A DNA stretch of 64,000 nt from Eledone cirrhosa (taxonomy: Eukaryota), in assembly GCA_964016885.1 (NCBI GenBank), contig OZ024742.1, forward strand, positions 87,544,001 through 87,608,000. The letters run 5' to 3'. Made by a program: the position numbers and the translations under genes. The notes below the pieces were generated by a model, which searched no databases, was not told where the DNA came from, and saw only the letters and a program-made list of their open reading frames with translations. The first letter of the stretch is position 1. Every line of letters starts with the position of its first letter. Shown one piece after another: positions 41,381 to 59,411 of this stretch.

Positions 41381-41760
41381 ATTGTTTCTACTTTTGACAC
41401 AATGCCAGGACTTATACCAGTGCATTACTGGTACTTTATTTCATCGACCCCGTAAGGATGAAAGGCAAAGTTAACCTCGGCAGGATTTGAACTCAGGGCA
41501 TAAAGGGCCGTAACTCTTTGCTGCAAAGCATGGCGTCTGACTAACTACCGATACTGTCAATCCAATAATAATTTGTTCTACTTTAGGCACAAGGCCAGCA
41601 ATTAACCAGTGCATTACTGGTATTTTATTTTATCGACCCCGTAAGGATGAAAGGCAAAGTAAACCTCGGCGACATTTGAACTCAGACTGTAAAGGGACGT
41701 AACTATGCTGGAATGCATGGGGTCCGACTCTCTACCGATACTGTCAATCCACCGCCAATC
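41380..41760 (-). mobile_element. Two tandem Meta-like tRNA SINEs
   Basis: About 41380-41565 and 41570-41760 each match the 46030-46215 family in reverse. Confidence 0.8.
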
Positions 41761-41944
41761 CAATACTAATAATAAATGTTAAGACAAATATCTGAAGAGG
41801 GCTTGATAAGGATTATATATATATATATGATATAGTTTAAGACGACCCCGTTAAGGGTGAAGCAGCGATTCTTTGCTTAAGCTTTAACATTTTCTTATAA
41901 TAAATATATATATATATAGAGAGAGAGAGAGGGAGAGAGGGAGA

Positions 41945-41976
<32 letters not shown>

Positions 41977-41984
<8 letters not shown>

Positions 41985-42483
41985 CTTGGACGCTCAGGGA
42001 TAGCGATCAAAAGTTTACTCTAAAATGGGAGAAATTAGCTAAAACCCAAAGCTTTTCCAGGAGCCAAAATGTCTGCAAATTATGTAATCTTGAGATTTAT
42101 TACATAATCACACACAAGGAGAAATTGCTGAATAACAGAATTGAACGAACATTATTCTGCCGTCACAGAACTAAAACACTTTGTTCCCACTACAAGCCGA
42201 ATATTATATAGAAGAGGGACATCCCCCCAAATATATAAACCTCATTCTAGTTAGAAAAATATAAAAACAATCTCTTCTCAACATATATTAATAACCTTAA
42301 ATTACCACACTAATAATGGAAAGATATGCTGATGAAAGTAGGTGCAAATATGCGATAATGAATGTGTCTAAAAACGTCCATAAGTATGTATATATATATA
42401 TGTGAAAATGTATATAAATAAGTAAATATATATATATGTTTGATGTGTATAGTAGGATGTAAGTGTATTCATCTATTAAAGTG

Positions 42484-42564
<81 letters not shown>

Positions 42565-43285
42565 ATATATATATATATGTGTATAGATGTGTATGTATAT
42601 GTATATGTGTACACATAGACTAGAGTGTGTATGTATATATGTGTGTGTCTATGCGTGTGTATATAAAGATAAGTTGAGTATGAAAATGTATACACATGAA
42701 CGCGTATGTATGTACATGAATACATGTGTGTATATATATATGTATGCATGTGTATATGTATGTAAGTATGAATATGTGAATGTGAGTATATGTATTTTGT
42801 AGAGGTGTGCACATATATTTGAGTGTGAATGCGTGGGTGAAAGGATCCGTACACTTGAAAGACAAATTTAAGTCTGAATGTTAATTAAGTGCAAACAGAA
42901 AACCAACCACGCATATCTTTACTATCTCTAATCCTTCTATAAATTTAGAAAAATAACCAATAATATATTCTATAAAAATGTCAAAACAACAGATGGGAAT
43001 CTAATTAGTCACTGCCACCAAAAATTCTCACTGCTATCAACAAACCACTCGCTCAACTATTCTTCTAACAACTTCACCCCTCCCTCCTAATATTCTCTAT
43101 AAAAACCAAATAGGTCCTCAATAATATTATTCTGATGAAATGACAGTAAATAATAACATTGAAATATTGAATGTCTGCATAACTAAAACTTTGTAGATAG
43201 CAGCTGTTTTCAGGTTATGTAACTGTTATAGAAACACGTGTCAATAAATTCCTTTCAATCAAACTGTATCCAATCAAATCTTTCT
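41977..43285 (+). mobile_element. Naiad-like PLE 3' fragment with a long 3' UTR
   Basis: AWTLRD..LKW..CKLCNLE..LLNNR..CRH (GIY-YIG C-terminus), then an AT-rich UTR with a hammerhead, ending at (TA)n. Confidence 0.72.
43127..43247 (+). ncRNA. Type I hammerhead ribozyme-like motif with intact core and very long stem II (family J)
   Basis: ttatt-CTGATGA-a-atgacagt...actgttat-a-GAAA-cacgtg-TC-aataa; palindromic stem III and a GUC cleavage triplet. Confidence 0.72.
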
Positions 43286-43289
43286 ATAT

Positions 43290-43677
<388 letters not shown>

Positions 43678-44004
43678 TGTTATCTCTATCTGATGTTATC
43701 TCCCTCTCTATATATATACATATCACTGAACAGCCAATCTTCTAATATGCGAATAAGGCCGATCAGTCACGGTACATTTTATTATATATCATATATTTTC
43801 ACTAGATCTGAAATTTGACTGGTGAACAGTGAAATGTACTGATGACGGCTAATACCCATAAACATTAGTGTATGCAGTTCTGTTTACATGCCAACACAAG
43901 AGCAAGAGTGAGGGTCTCATTCTACTAACATGGCTTTAAAAATGAGAACCTCTGCATAATTGTATATATATTATGTATGTGTATATATATGTACGCATGT
44001 ATAA

Positions 44005-45340
44005 AGGTCAGTATGGAACAGCCCGATGACCGCGGATCCGTATCCCTACTGGACTTCCAACTCAGGGTAACAGATGAAGGAACCATCGACACCTGCTTCT
44101 ATAAAAAAGCCACCAGCAGGGACCTGTTCGTGCATTTCAAATCGGCACTCCAATCGGCGCTAAGTTCGGATACATAAGGAACAAACTACACGTATTCGGA
44201 CAAATGCACCGACGCTAGACACCGAGAGACACGCACCACACATTTCCTGGAAGTACTCAAACTGAACGGATACACGACATCCACCACAAACCTTGCCAGA
44301 AAGAACAGAGGACACCACAAACGAGACACTAACACTTCCTTCCTGAAGCTCCCGCACTGCAGTGACGAGACAACAACAGCCATACGCAGAGCTACCAGAC
44401 GAGAGGGACTAGATCACCAACTAGGCCATTTAGGTCCTTCTCTACGCGGACAGCTAACCAAAAGACACTCCACCAGACATGACAACCGCTGCAGGCTAGC
44501 TAACTGCCCCATCAACGACACAGACCTATGCCACCAGCCTTACGTCGTATACAGACTATAGTGCGACAAATGCAGCAACTTCTACGTAGGTAGTACCAGA
44601 AGCCCACTCCACATATGAATAAAAGAATACCTCTATACTAACGCTTCCTCATTTAAGAAACACCTAGTTAAATGCAAAAACACCGACAAAACCATAACAG
44701 TTAGGATAGAAACTAAGGAAATAAGCATCGGCAATCTTAGAATTAAGGAAGCACTAATTATAGACAAAACACAACCACCAATCAATAATAGACTTGAACT
44801 CAACACACAATTTATAACTTGATAGAGCATCTAGCCCCTTATTTAAACCTCCCTTCCACATACACGCACACACGCACGCACACGCACACAAACACACACA
44901 CGGGCACGCGCGCTTACACCTCCACTTATTCTCTCTCACACACACATACCTACACACACAAAGACCAGTTCTAACACGAGATAACATCTATCCCCCACAT
45001 TTACCTATAGACATATCTTCTCACATTCACACATAGTTACACATTCACTTATTTTCCCATACACTTAAACGGGCATGTACGGAAAAAAAAAACATTTTAA
45101 AGGGAGACCCCTCTTTATCCACCTAACCTTATCTCTTTGATATTAGAGATAGAACAGATACTCCATACCATTTCCTGTCAGTATGACTTGGCGAGCTATT
45201 TAGAACACTGGTTTAACCGCTTTACATCGCTCCGAAGAAGAGATATTATCTCGAAAATTAAGGACATTTAAATAAATCTAAGGTAAAAGACTTTATTCTA
45301 TGTCCATACCTGCATTGTTTTGGCTTTATTATACATATAC
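44005..45340 (+). mobile_element. Penelope/Poseidon-like PLE remnant with 3' UTR (family K)
   Basis: SLLDFQL..FYKK..FVHFKSA, VVYRL*CDKCSNFYVGST..LH, LRIKEALII..PPINNR; hairpin gagat..atctc-GAAA at about 45240. Confidence 0.72.
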
Positions 45341-45366
45341 AAATATATATATATATATATATATAT

Positions 45367-45478
<112 letters not shown>

Positions 45479-45488
45479 ATGTGTTCTA

Positions 45489-45528
<40 letters not shown>

Positions 45529-45829
45529 TTAGAAACACACAGATACATGCGGACACACACATATATACATGAATGCATCCGCACCCAACTGTGAGTTAAG
45601 GGTGCCAACTTCACCGATGTTGCTCAATGAATGACTGGGACAGACCAATTCAGTTGAACTAGACTGAATCAGTATCAGAGTTAAAAATACATTATGAAGA
45701 GAGAAGAAACATTTAGATATAATTAGTAATAAAATGTATCATACCTAAACTGCTTCTAAATTCCTCGACTACGTAGTTTCGTGGCATAAACAAAAACAAT
45801 ATATCATAAAGATATAGAGTCCTAGGAAA

Positions 45830-45971
45830 AGTTGACATCGGCGGGATTTGAACTCAGAATGGAAAGGGCCGAACTCTATGCGTCAAAGCATTACGTCCGA
45901 CCCTCTACCGATACTGCCAATTCCCCGCATATATATATATATATATATTTGTATGTGTTCTATATATATAT

Positions 45972-46036
<65 letters not shown>

Positions 46037-46215
46037 GAATTGGCAGTATCGGTAGAGGGTCGGACGTAATGTTTTGACGCATAGAGTTCGGCCCTTTCCA
46101 TTCTGAGTTCAAATCCCGCCGATGTCAACTTTTCCTTTCATCCTTACGGGGTCGACAAAATAAAGTACCAATAATGTACTGGTTATTTGCTGGCCTTGTG
46201 CCATAAGCAGAAACA
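45830..46215. mobile_element. Meta-like tRNA SINE (46030-46215, +) with an inverted duplicate of its 5' 100 bp across (TA)n
   Basis: 45827-45930 is a near-perfect reverse complement of 46030-46133. A box tggcagtatcgg, B box gttcaaatcc. Confidence 0.88.
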
Positions 46216-48114
46216 ATTATTATTATTGGTGTTGTTGTTGTTAGTAGTAGTAGTAGTAGCAGCAGCAGTAGTAGTAATGGTAGTAGTTATTTTTCTTGCT
46301 GTTTTTGTAGTACGTCCTAAAAACTTTATTCTGCAATATAAAAATAAACGCAACATAATAATGTCTAGCTTGAAATTCGCAATCTGTTGTGTCATTTAGT
46401 GTGCTACATTTCAGATCCCAGTGTAATATTGAGCAGGTAACCGTTTGCATGTTACACTTTTGACAGAGTAATACTTGAATTACGTGACATATAGTGCAAA
46501 ATATTTTTTCTGACTATTCCGTTAACGGGGAATTTTATTTTTTTATTTTTGAGATCTAAAGGGAAAGCTATTTTGAACTACGAACATAAACAACCGAAAC
46601 CATCCACTCTGAACCGACTGTCAATTGTAAGCCTGAAATAGACTATAAACTGAAAAGACATCAACAAATCAAATGTAGCAGTATGACCTTGTATTGTCAT
46701 AGCCGTCAACATTTAAACTTGTGAAAGAAACAATAAACAAAATGAATGCAACAACACCTTCAACATTGCCTTTAACACCTCTCACTTTATCTCATTATTA
46801 TTCGTCTGTTTGTTTCATATATATTTTCATCTAGATTTATTCTATTTCGGTGTTTGTCGTAACTACTACCAGTATTACATTGTCATCAATCATTCGATTC
46901 AATTTTCTTCATTTTTCCAGCATTTCTTTATTCTTTGCTTTGTCAGTTGTCGCAGTTTTCCGCCACTAGTGCACAATACAGAGTAACTTTTTAAGTTGAA
47001 AGGTCACCCTGAACATGTCGTGCTTAAAAAGGTTACATTTACTAAAAACATTTGTTGATAAAAACTTCATTTCTAGCAAATTTACACACACCTATTTATC
47101 TTAATCTTACATTTAAAATGGTATTTCATAAAACTCAATTTTGTCTCAAATTTCATGTTTGTTTATATATATTCCACGAAATATCAGTGAAAATTATTTT
47201 CATAAGCAATTATTTTAGAAAACAAATTTCGTATGAGATTAATTGAGCACAGAGAAAGAAATATATATTTTTGTATATCTTTAAAGTATATTAAAAACAA
47301 AGAATTTTATAGAAAATGTATTAATGTCTATTTGTAATACATTTCCCTATAACATTTATCTGTGCTATAGCAACACACTTAAATATATATTCCATTAACA
47401 TTGAGGAAATATTAAAGAATCTTTAAGTTTTTTATATCCATTTTCGAAATCATTTTACGCCTATTCATAATTATTGTTAGCATCATTATCATGGGTGTCA
47501 TGATCATGACGGTGATTATCATCAAAATCGTCATCATCATTTTATATTTTAACATCACCAACAATGCGTATAGATATTTTAAAATATTTACATCTATGAA
47601 GTTGTATAGTAATACAATGAATTGTAAGTCATGTAATAACAGACCGATATATTTCAAAAAGCAGGTAGAATGCGGCAAAAGTATATGAAAGGTAAAGGAT
47701 GACAAATAAGCCCAAACTATGTAATATTTTAACCAATATATTTAAACATGATATATTAGGGTTATTACAATATTTTCAAAAGTGGCGCAGCAATGGTTCA
47801 AAACGAAATCAAACGATCGAAGATTCCCTGGTCTATAGAGGCATTTATAGAAAATGCTGACCCTCCTATATCGAAATTACCGTCCTGATCCTGCACATAC
47901 AGATGTTAAAAAAGGATCTTAACACATGCTGTGGCCAGGTGAGTGAATCCCCATCAAAGGAATGTGAGCAATCTAAGAATCGAAGATGCTATTATCATCA
48001 ACGAATAAACATAAACAGAGAAGAAATACATCGTAAATGCACGAAGTAGATTGGTTACAATAACGAATCCACGAATGGCTAATTCAGCCACATAGGGCAA
48101 ATACGGAAGACGAG

Positions 48115-48640
48115 ATCAATCGATTTTTTTCAAACGTTTCTGCTTCCCATTTGAAAAGCGATAATAAGCCCTAAATCTCATGTCGAATGATATACTGTGT
48201 AAAACAATACTTTGTTTTGTTTTGATTGTCCTCCTTTTCCATTTATATATCTCTAGCACATTGCATCGGCTTTCTGAAGATTATCGCTTTTCTATTGATG
48301 CCTATAGTGATATCATCTTTGGAGAAGACATTTCACACCGCCTTACTCACAGGCCAACTGATGAGTTGAAAAGCAATAATAAGCCCTAAAGCTCATGTTG
48401 AATGGTATACTGTGTAAAACAATACTTGCTTTGCTTTGCTTGTCCTCCTTTCCCATTTATATACCTCTAGCATTCTTCAGAAAGCCGGTGCCATGTGCTA
48501 GTTATATATAAATGGGAAAGGAGGACAACCAAAGCAAAACAAAGTATCGTTTTGCACAGTATATCATTCAACATGAGCTTTAGGGCTTATTATCGCTTTT
48601 CAAATGGGAAGCAGAAATGGTTGAAAAAAAATCGATTGAT
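48115..48640. repeat. Foldback/MITE-like element with about 160-bp inverted arms and an internal third copy
   Basis: 48115-48280 is inverted to 48474-48640; 48365-48472 is a direct partial copy of the left arm. Confidence 0.8.
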
Positions 48641-48708
48641 GTCTTCTTCCTTATTTTTCACGTATATACATACACAAACACACTGACGCACAGACCAATA
48701 GCTATATA

Positions 48709-48821
<113 letters not shown>

Positions 48822-50055
48822 TTATGTGTGTATGTGTATGTGTGTGTGTGTGTATATGTGTGTGTATGTGTGGGTGAGTGTGTATGTGTGTGTGTGTGTG
48901 TTTGCGCATGTAAAAGGTGAGCAGAAATATCAACACAATTGGTACAGTATATGGAAGGATTATATTAGTGCATCGCAGGAAATAACAAGATGAGTGTCAT
49001 AACATTTCCCTCAGAAGAAAGAATGGGAAATTACAAACATGTTAAATAAGTATAACAGGTCCATTCATGTTGCCATCTTTTTCTACCTGAAACGGAAAAA
49101 ACATTTTGTATATAGAGCTATACGTGTGCGCGTGTGTGTGTGCGTGTGTGTATATGTGTGTGTGTGTATTTCCGTAGGAAGCTAAGAGGATATGTGCGTG
49201 TATATGTAAGTAAAATATTTTGTGTGTGCTTTTAAGTACGAAGCTGTGAGCAAAGGTATGATAATAAAACGGGGTGTGCGTCTATATACAGAGCTGTGAA
49301 GGGAAAAGTGTTTGTGAGTATTTTGGTGGTTGTATCAGCTCTAAGAGTATAGGTATCTGATCATATGAGACCCATAGGAACCTAGGGGTGAATGTAGAAG
49401 TGTGCGTGTGCGATAACAGACGGGATAATCGTGATCGAAGAACATTATATATTTTCAAATTGAATTCCCTATTATGCTGCATTCCAGAGACGATGGATAG
49501 GATAATAGCTTCTTGTTCAGTCGCGTTACTCGTAAGATCGGAGATTATAATTTGTAAGATCGTTTTTTGCATGGTATATTTCCAAGTATTGTACAGTTTC
49601 TGTTTTCAGAGTTGACTCCATTTAGCATTAACATTTGATATATCAACCTGTTTTTGAAACGGAATAATAAAGGTTAATACTGAGTAGAGTAAAAACAGTT
49701 TATACTACATACCAATAATACGATCTTCCAAAATTATATCACCTATCTCACGTGTGACGCAACCGAGCAAGATGCTATTAATCTATTCTACGCCTCTGAA
49801 ATAGTGTATAATAGGAAATACAATTGAGTTAAAAACCCAAAGCGTCTCCTCCACTTATCATAAATAAATCGTCGGATGTCATTTACGGAACCAATAGATG
49901 GAGTGCTTAAGCTGGAACACAACAAAAATCAACATCAAAATTACTATGCGGGTATATATATATATATAAGAGTTTGGGCCCGACGGCTGAAGTATCGCCG
50001 TTTCGACAACCTATAACAGATTGTAAGTATATATCTACATTTATATATATACATT

Positions 50056-50154
<99 letters not shown>

Positions 50155-50589
50155 AGAGGGAGAGGGAGAGAGAGAGAGGTGGGGAGAGAAAGGGAGAGAG
50201 AGAGGATAGATTGATATATATGCGTGTGTGAGATACTTTACATCATTTAAGCCATTTCGGTTCAGAATATCCTGTAGGTGAAACATGCATATATAAAGGT
50301 GATAGTATTAGTGCATATTAATATGAATATGAGGACGCATGGATTTGGATACATAATGCTACACAGCAATAGTTCTCATTGTTTTCATTAAATGTGCAAA
50401 GAAAACGTTGATGCCTGGTGTGATTTGATTTTTTATTCCATTGCAACGCATATTTGATTTAAATCTCTTTTTGTAAATTAGCATATATATTTTGAAGCAG
50501 ATATTCTATTAACAAATGGTCAATATTAGTTATTGCAAAAGGAAATTGTAAATATGTTGCCTTATCGTTCTTTTTCTTTTGAGTTACAG

Positions 50590-50674
50590 AAATAAACTGC
50601 GGTCTCCCAGGACCATTATGGAACGGATATTTAGATGGCCACAGAACAACAGTTGGAGCTGTGTTTTTCTTCAG
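50590..50674 (+). CDS. Exon encoding the N-terminal half of a CCP domain (EINCGLPGPLWNGYLDGHRTTVGAVFFF-R)
   Basis: ttacag| acceptor after a pyrimidine tract and |gtaaat donor, 85 nt, phase 1-2. Not in the ORF track; read by hand. Confidence 0.88.
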
Positions 50675-51294
50675 GTAAATAAAAAAAAATCAATAGGATA
50701 TATAGTACTATATATTTGAAGCAGAAGCGAGATCAATAAGAATATCAATACTAGCATTTGTTATGTATATTCAATACAATGTGAAATAAATAAAAAAACA
50801 ACAAATGTAAACAAAAATGTGTTCCCATATCGAGGTACTGAAATTTATACCGGGATTACGTTGTTATTTTGACATCACCCGGTTTCCTTCCTCCTGTTCA
50901 GAAAAATAAAATAATTTCAGTTCCATTCAGCCTCCTCAATATCGCCACTCTCAAATCTTTCAGAAAACATGACCTTCTATATATTCAATTTCCCTTTCAA
51001 GTGGAACTATCTACGATCCAGAATATAACTTATTGAGCTTCTGTTATGGACGAAGCTGGGAGTTACATTTTCAATACAAATCTGCTGATAACCGGATATG
51101 TCCTACGCAGAAATGTAGTTGTTCGCTATAATACCACAGCTCTGCAATGCACAAACTTGATATATAGAATACAGGAGGGTTTTGTAATACCCCTATCTAA
51201 ACGACTTCAAGAAGAGAGCCTTCAGAATCTCCTCATCAATGCCCACAATTAGTCCAAGACTATCTCCCAACATACATTTCTCTATCCAGCTAAT

Positions 51295-51482
51295 AATTGT
51301 TTCTAATTTGGGGATAAGGTCAGCAATTATTCCACTGTATCACTGGTACTTTATTTTATCGACTCCGTAAGGATGAAAGGCAAAGTTGACCTCGGCGGGA
51401 TTTGAACTCATATCATAAAGGGCCGTAACTCATTGCTGCAAAACATGGTGTCCGAACCTCTACAGATACTGCCAATCCACCA
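51295..51482 (-). mobile_element. Meta-like tRNA SINE ending about 50 nt before the exon at 51535
   Basis: Matches the SINE family at 46030-46215 in reverse. Confidence 0.8.
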
Positions 51483-51534
51483 TATATCCCACTAATAATA
51501 ATACATTATCAGCTTTAAACATAATCTTTTGCAG

Positions 51535-51626
51535 GTGCAATGTAAGAACAACATTTGATGGTCCATCATTTTCCACACAATGTCAGGATAACGGCGCCTG
51601 GTCCCATCCTCCACCGAAGTGTTGGG
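51535..51626 (+). CDS. Exon encoding the C-terminal half of that CCP domain (CNVRTTFDGPSFSTQCQDNGAWSHPPPKCW)
   Basis: ttttgcag| acceptor and G|gtttgt donor, 92 nt, phase 2-1. Completes the four-Cys/Trp pattern with exon 50590-50674. Confidence 0.88.
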
Positions 51627-51876
51627 GTTTGTATACAAATTCTTAATATAAATAATATTATCCGATCTCCATATTTTAGTAACATTTATATATATATGTA
51701 TCAAACAATAATGAAAGCGAACAGTAGCATTTACATGATAAAGATTGTCTTAATTAAATACACATGCACACATACACGCACTCGCAAACACATGCATATA
51801 CATACACACACACACACACACACATACACACACACACACATGCACACGCACACACAAACATACACATGCACACATC

Positions 51877-52009
<133 letters not shown>

Positions 52010-52376
52010 AGAAATAATTATTTCCACAACAAATTAGCATATAATCCTCGAGATAGCGGGATTCACCGGACGAATTTGCAAACCGTGTGTGACTGTGGTG
52101 AGAAAATAATTATCTGCGGTGACTGGATGGTGCCCGTCAGAAGTCAATATTTTCGGCGACAAGGAATACAACACAAATACACTGTTGTAGAATATATTTC
52201 GTTTGAGTTAGTTTATTCGTGGTTAAACTCCTGGTTAACCTGCTTACTTGCAGTTATCAGATATCAGCTTGTAGCAGATATCAGCTTAATAATACGAAAT
52301 ACTTTATTAGTTTCAGAACTCGTTAGTGTGAAAGCAGCGATACTTTGCCTAAACTTTAACCTGTTACTTTAATATA

Positions 52377-55755
<3,379 letters not shown>

Positions 55756-55794
55756 CAGGTGTGAGAAAAACCACAGACCCTCCATCACAACTCA

Positions 55795-55832
55795 CCTTTT
55801 GAAAAGCAGAAGAACTGCGAAACCGGTAGAGG
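55795..55832 (+). ncRNA. Minimal type I hammerhead-like motif with a U3-A8 core variant (family I)
   Basis: cctt-TTGAAAA-gcag-aagaa-ctgc-GAAA-ccgg-TA-gagg; palindromic ACCGGT stem III as in PLE hammerheads. Confidence 0.6.
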
Positions 55833-55901
55833 AACCAAATAAATATATATATTTTTTTTAAAAATAAGACTTCAGTTGCATTTTCGATTTCATCCCTTTT
55901 T

Positions 55902-56076
<175 letters not shown>

Positions 56077-56115
56077 CATATATACATTTATACACATACA
56101 TATATATATATATCT

Positions 56116-56435
56116 TTGTATATGTATAATAAAGCCAAAACAATGCAGGTATGGACATAGAATAAAGAATGCAAATGCAAATGATATTGTTGACAATTAG
56201 TATTTTACCTTAGATTTATTTAAATGTCCTTAAATTTCTAGATAATATCTTTTCATCGCAGGGAAGTAAAGCGGTTAAAGAAGTGTTCTAAATAGCTTGC
56301 CAAGTCATGCTGACAGGAAATGGTATAGAGTATCTGTATTATATCTAATATCAAAGAGTTAAGGTTAGGTGGATAAATGCATTCTTTATTCTATGTCCAT
56401 ACCTGCATTGTTTTGGCTTTATTATACATATACAG
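56116..56435. repeat. Family K PLE 3' end (minus) with a short inverted terminal copy (plus)
   Basis: 56116-56376 is the reverse complement of about 45117-45342; 56384-56435 repeats the terminus on +. Confidence 0.8.
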
Positions 56436-56504
56436 ACGTTTATACCTCATTGCACAATGCTTCACGTGAACTATAACTTCCTCCTATATATATATATATA
56501 TATA

Positions 56505-56588
<84 letters not shown>

Positions 56589-56786
56589 CATAATATATAT
56601 ATACACATACATAATATATATATACATAATGTATATACATATATAAATATATATATACACATACATACATATATATATACATATATATATTTATATATAT
56701 ATATTTATATATATATACATACATATATACATACATACATACATACGAATGTGCATATATGATTATATGATTGTCCTTCATTACAG

Positions 56787-56963
56787 GCCAGTGTCAAGTG
56801 CCATCCATTTTAAATGGTACAGTAATGCACAGTCGTGAAGGTATGTGGGTCGATCATGAAACGTTCATTAATTTTCGCTGTCGGGAAGGCTTAGTTCTCA
56901 ATGATACATCTGATATCAAATGCATAAATGGTTCATGGACACTTATTCCACGTTGTATTCCAG
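56787..56963 (+). CDS. Exon encoding one CCP domain ([11 protein letters not shown]...CREGLVLN...[14 protein letters not shown])
   Basis: ttacag| acceptor and |gtaagt donor, 177 nt, phase 1-1; three N-x-S/T sequons (NGT, NDT, NGS). Confidence 0.92.
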
Positions 56964-57614
56964 GTAAGTTAACATTATTTCTTCACCTCTTTCTATCAGT
57001 TTATTAATATTGATTGTGCCTTTCAATCTATATTTTCACCTATTATGATATGTTATCATGTGATATATTTGTACTTCTTCTCCCCTTCACTTTCACCAGC
57101 ATATTTTTTCTTTTTATTCTTAGATCGTTTTTGTTTAACATTGAAAACTGAAAATTGCTAAATCTTCATTTTAAAATGTCATTTTGCTGCATGAGTTCCA
57201 ACACATGTTTGATTTTCTATTGAGTATCACAAACGCTGGAAGTTCAGTATGTAATAAATGAATAATAATATAATCGTGTTATTAAAATGTTATCAATCAT
57301 TCTAAATTACAAATTATTCATTATAATGTCAACGGCGAATCAAAGACGACACAAACATCATATATATCTTTGATATAAACATAAACAATAAGAATAAAGG
57401 ATCCTAGAAAGAAAGATTACATATAAATGATGAGATAATTGAAAACAAAAAATACATCACATATACCAGTATCACATTATGTGGAAAGACAGATAATTGA
57501 CTCTAATTATTGAATATTTCTAAATGCATAGTATTATCATACGCATATTCAGAATTCAATAAGCGTTTCGGAGAAGAGGATGCATTTATACCAAATCACA
57601 CATACACACACACG

Positions 57615-57645
<31 letters not shown>

Positions 57646-57685
57646 ACACGCGCACACACACGCATACACACACACACACACATAA

Positions 57686-57737
<52 letters not shown>

Positions 57738-58389
57738 GTGTGTGTATACACATGTACATGAGATAGATGTGTTTTCCGAAAACACAACAATTACATAAAA
57801 TATTCATTGGTCGTATCATATATGTTTTTACATAGAAATTATATATTTAGAGACACATATACGTACACACGTATGCATATACAGCCCCCACCCATACATA
57901 TATATGTATATATATATGTGTGTGTGTGTGCGTATGTGTACGTATATATATATATATATATATATCACGTTCGTTTTCAATTCAATGTAAAATAGAAGAC
58001 AATAAAAAATGTGTTTGCTATATCGCTTTGAAAGATATGCTAAAAAATATATTTAAATTAAAGTGAATATTCCAGACTTTTGTGGCGCTTGATAAATCTT
58101 GCAAAATTGTTAACCCAGCTTGCCAGTCTCAGATTATCATATAAGGATTTGTTTTTCAGTTAATTGCATTGTTCTCTGCTTATTTATCTTGAGCGTAAAG
58201 TTTGTGTTTTCTATACTTTTACAGAGACATATCTTCTACCCCAATTATTTACTGTCTACAATAAAACGATATTTCTGCCATTATTCGTGAAATTTCAATA
58301 AAGACAGTTAAGAAAGTTTAAATATTAGGAGAGAAATAACATGTGAAATGTTAAATATGATGTCCGTTTTAAATTAATCATTGAGATCC

Positions 58390-58507
<118 letters not shown>

Positions 58508-58509
58508 AA

Positions 58510-58567
<58 letters not shown>

Positions 58568-58608
58568 CGAAACATAAGTAAATTACATGAACTCATAATC
58601 CTTTATTT

Positions 58609-58664
58609 ACTGCTATAGATATTTCGATGATAGCCATTGAATGGCTATGACCTTATCAGGCAGT
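58609..58664 (-). ncRNA. Second family H hammerhead-like copy (G8A, probably inactive)
   Basis: actgc-CTGATAA-ggtcatagccat-tca-atggctatcatc-GAAA-tatcta-TA-gcagt. Confidence 0.55.
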
Positions 58665-58737
58665 TAGTCGATTCTTAGATATACCAGCTCTGTGTGTATA
58701 GTGTTGATGGTATCAGTGCCTTGTGACATATATATAT

Positions 58738-58899
<162 letters not shown>

Positions 58900-58977
58900 G
58901 TTTATTATATTTTAGACTATGGATTTTCTTAACATTATGTCTTACTCTCACTCCCCATCTCTCTCTCCTACACTCTA

Positions 58978-59064
<87 letters not shown>

Positions 59065-59368
59065 GGGTTGTTAGTACGGATTTGCGAATTGATTGGAATA
59101 CGAAACATTAAATATAATATCAAATACAAGGTATTTATGTAACATAACTATTTCCCTAACTGTCTGCCATTTACTGTCTTTCTATCTATCTATCAATCTA
59201 TCTATCTATATATCTAATTATATGTATATCTCTATGTATCCCTCTCTCCCCCTCTCTCCCTCTCTCTCTTGATATGTATATATATATATATATATATATG
59301 TATACATAATATATATATATTTATAAGTATATATATATATATATATATGGATATATATATATATGTCC

Positions 59369-59411
<43 letters not shown>

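Noticed and set aside
48357-48372. CTGATGAgttGAAA hammerhead-like string
   Set aside because: No room for stem II and no stems I or III; the GAAA belongs to the adjoining repeat copy.
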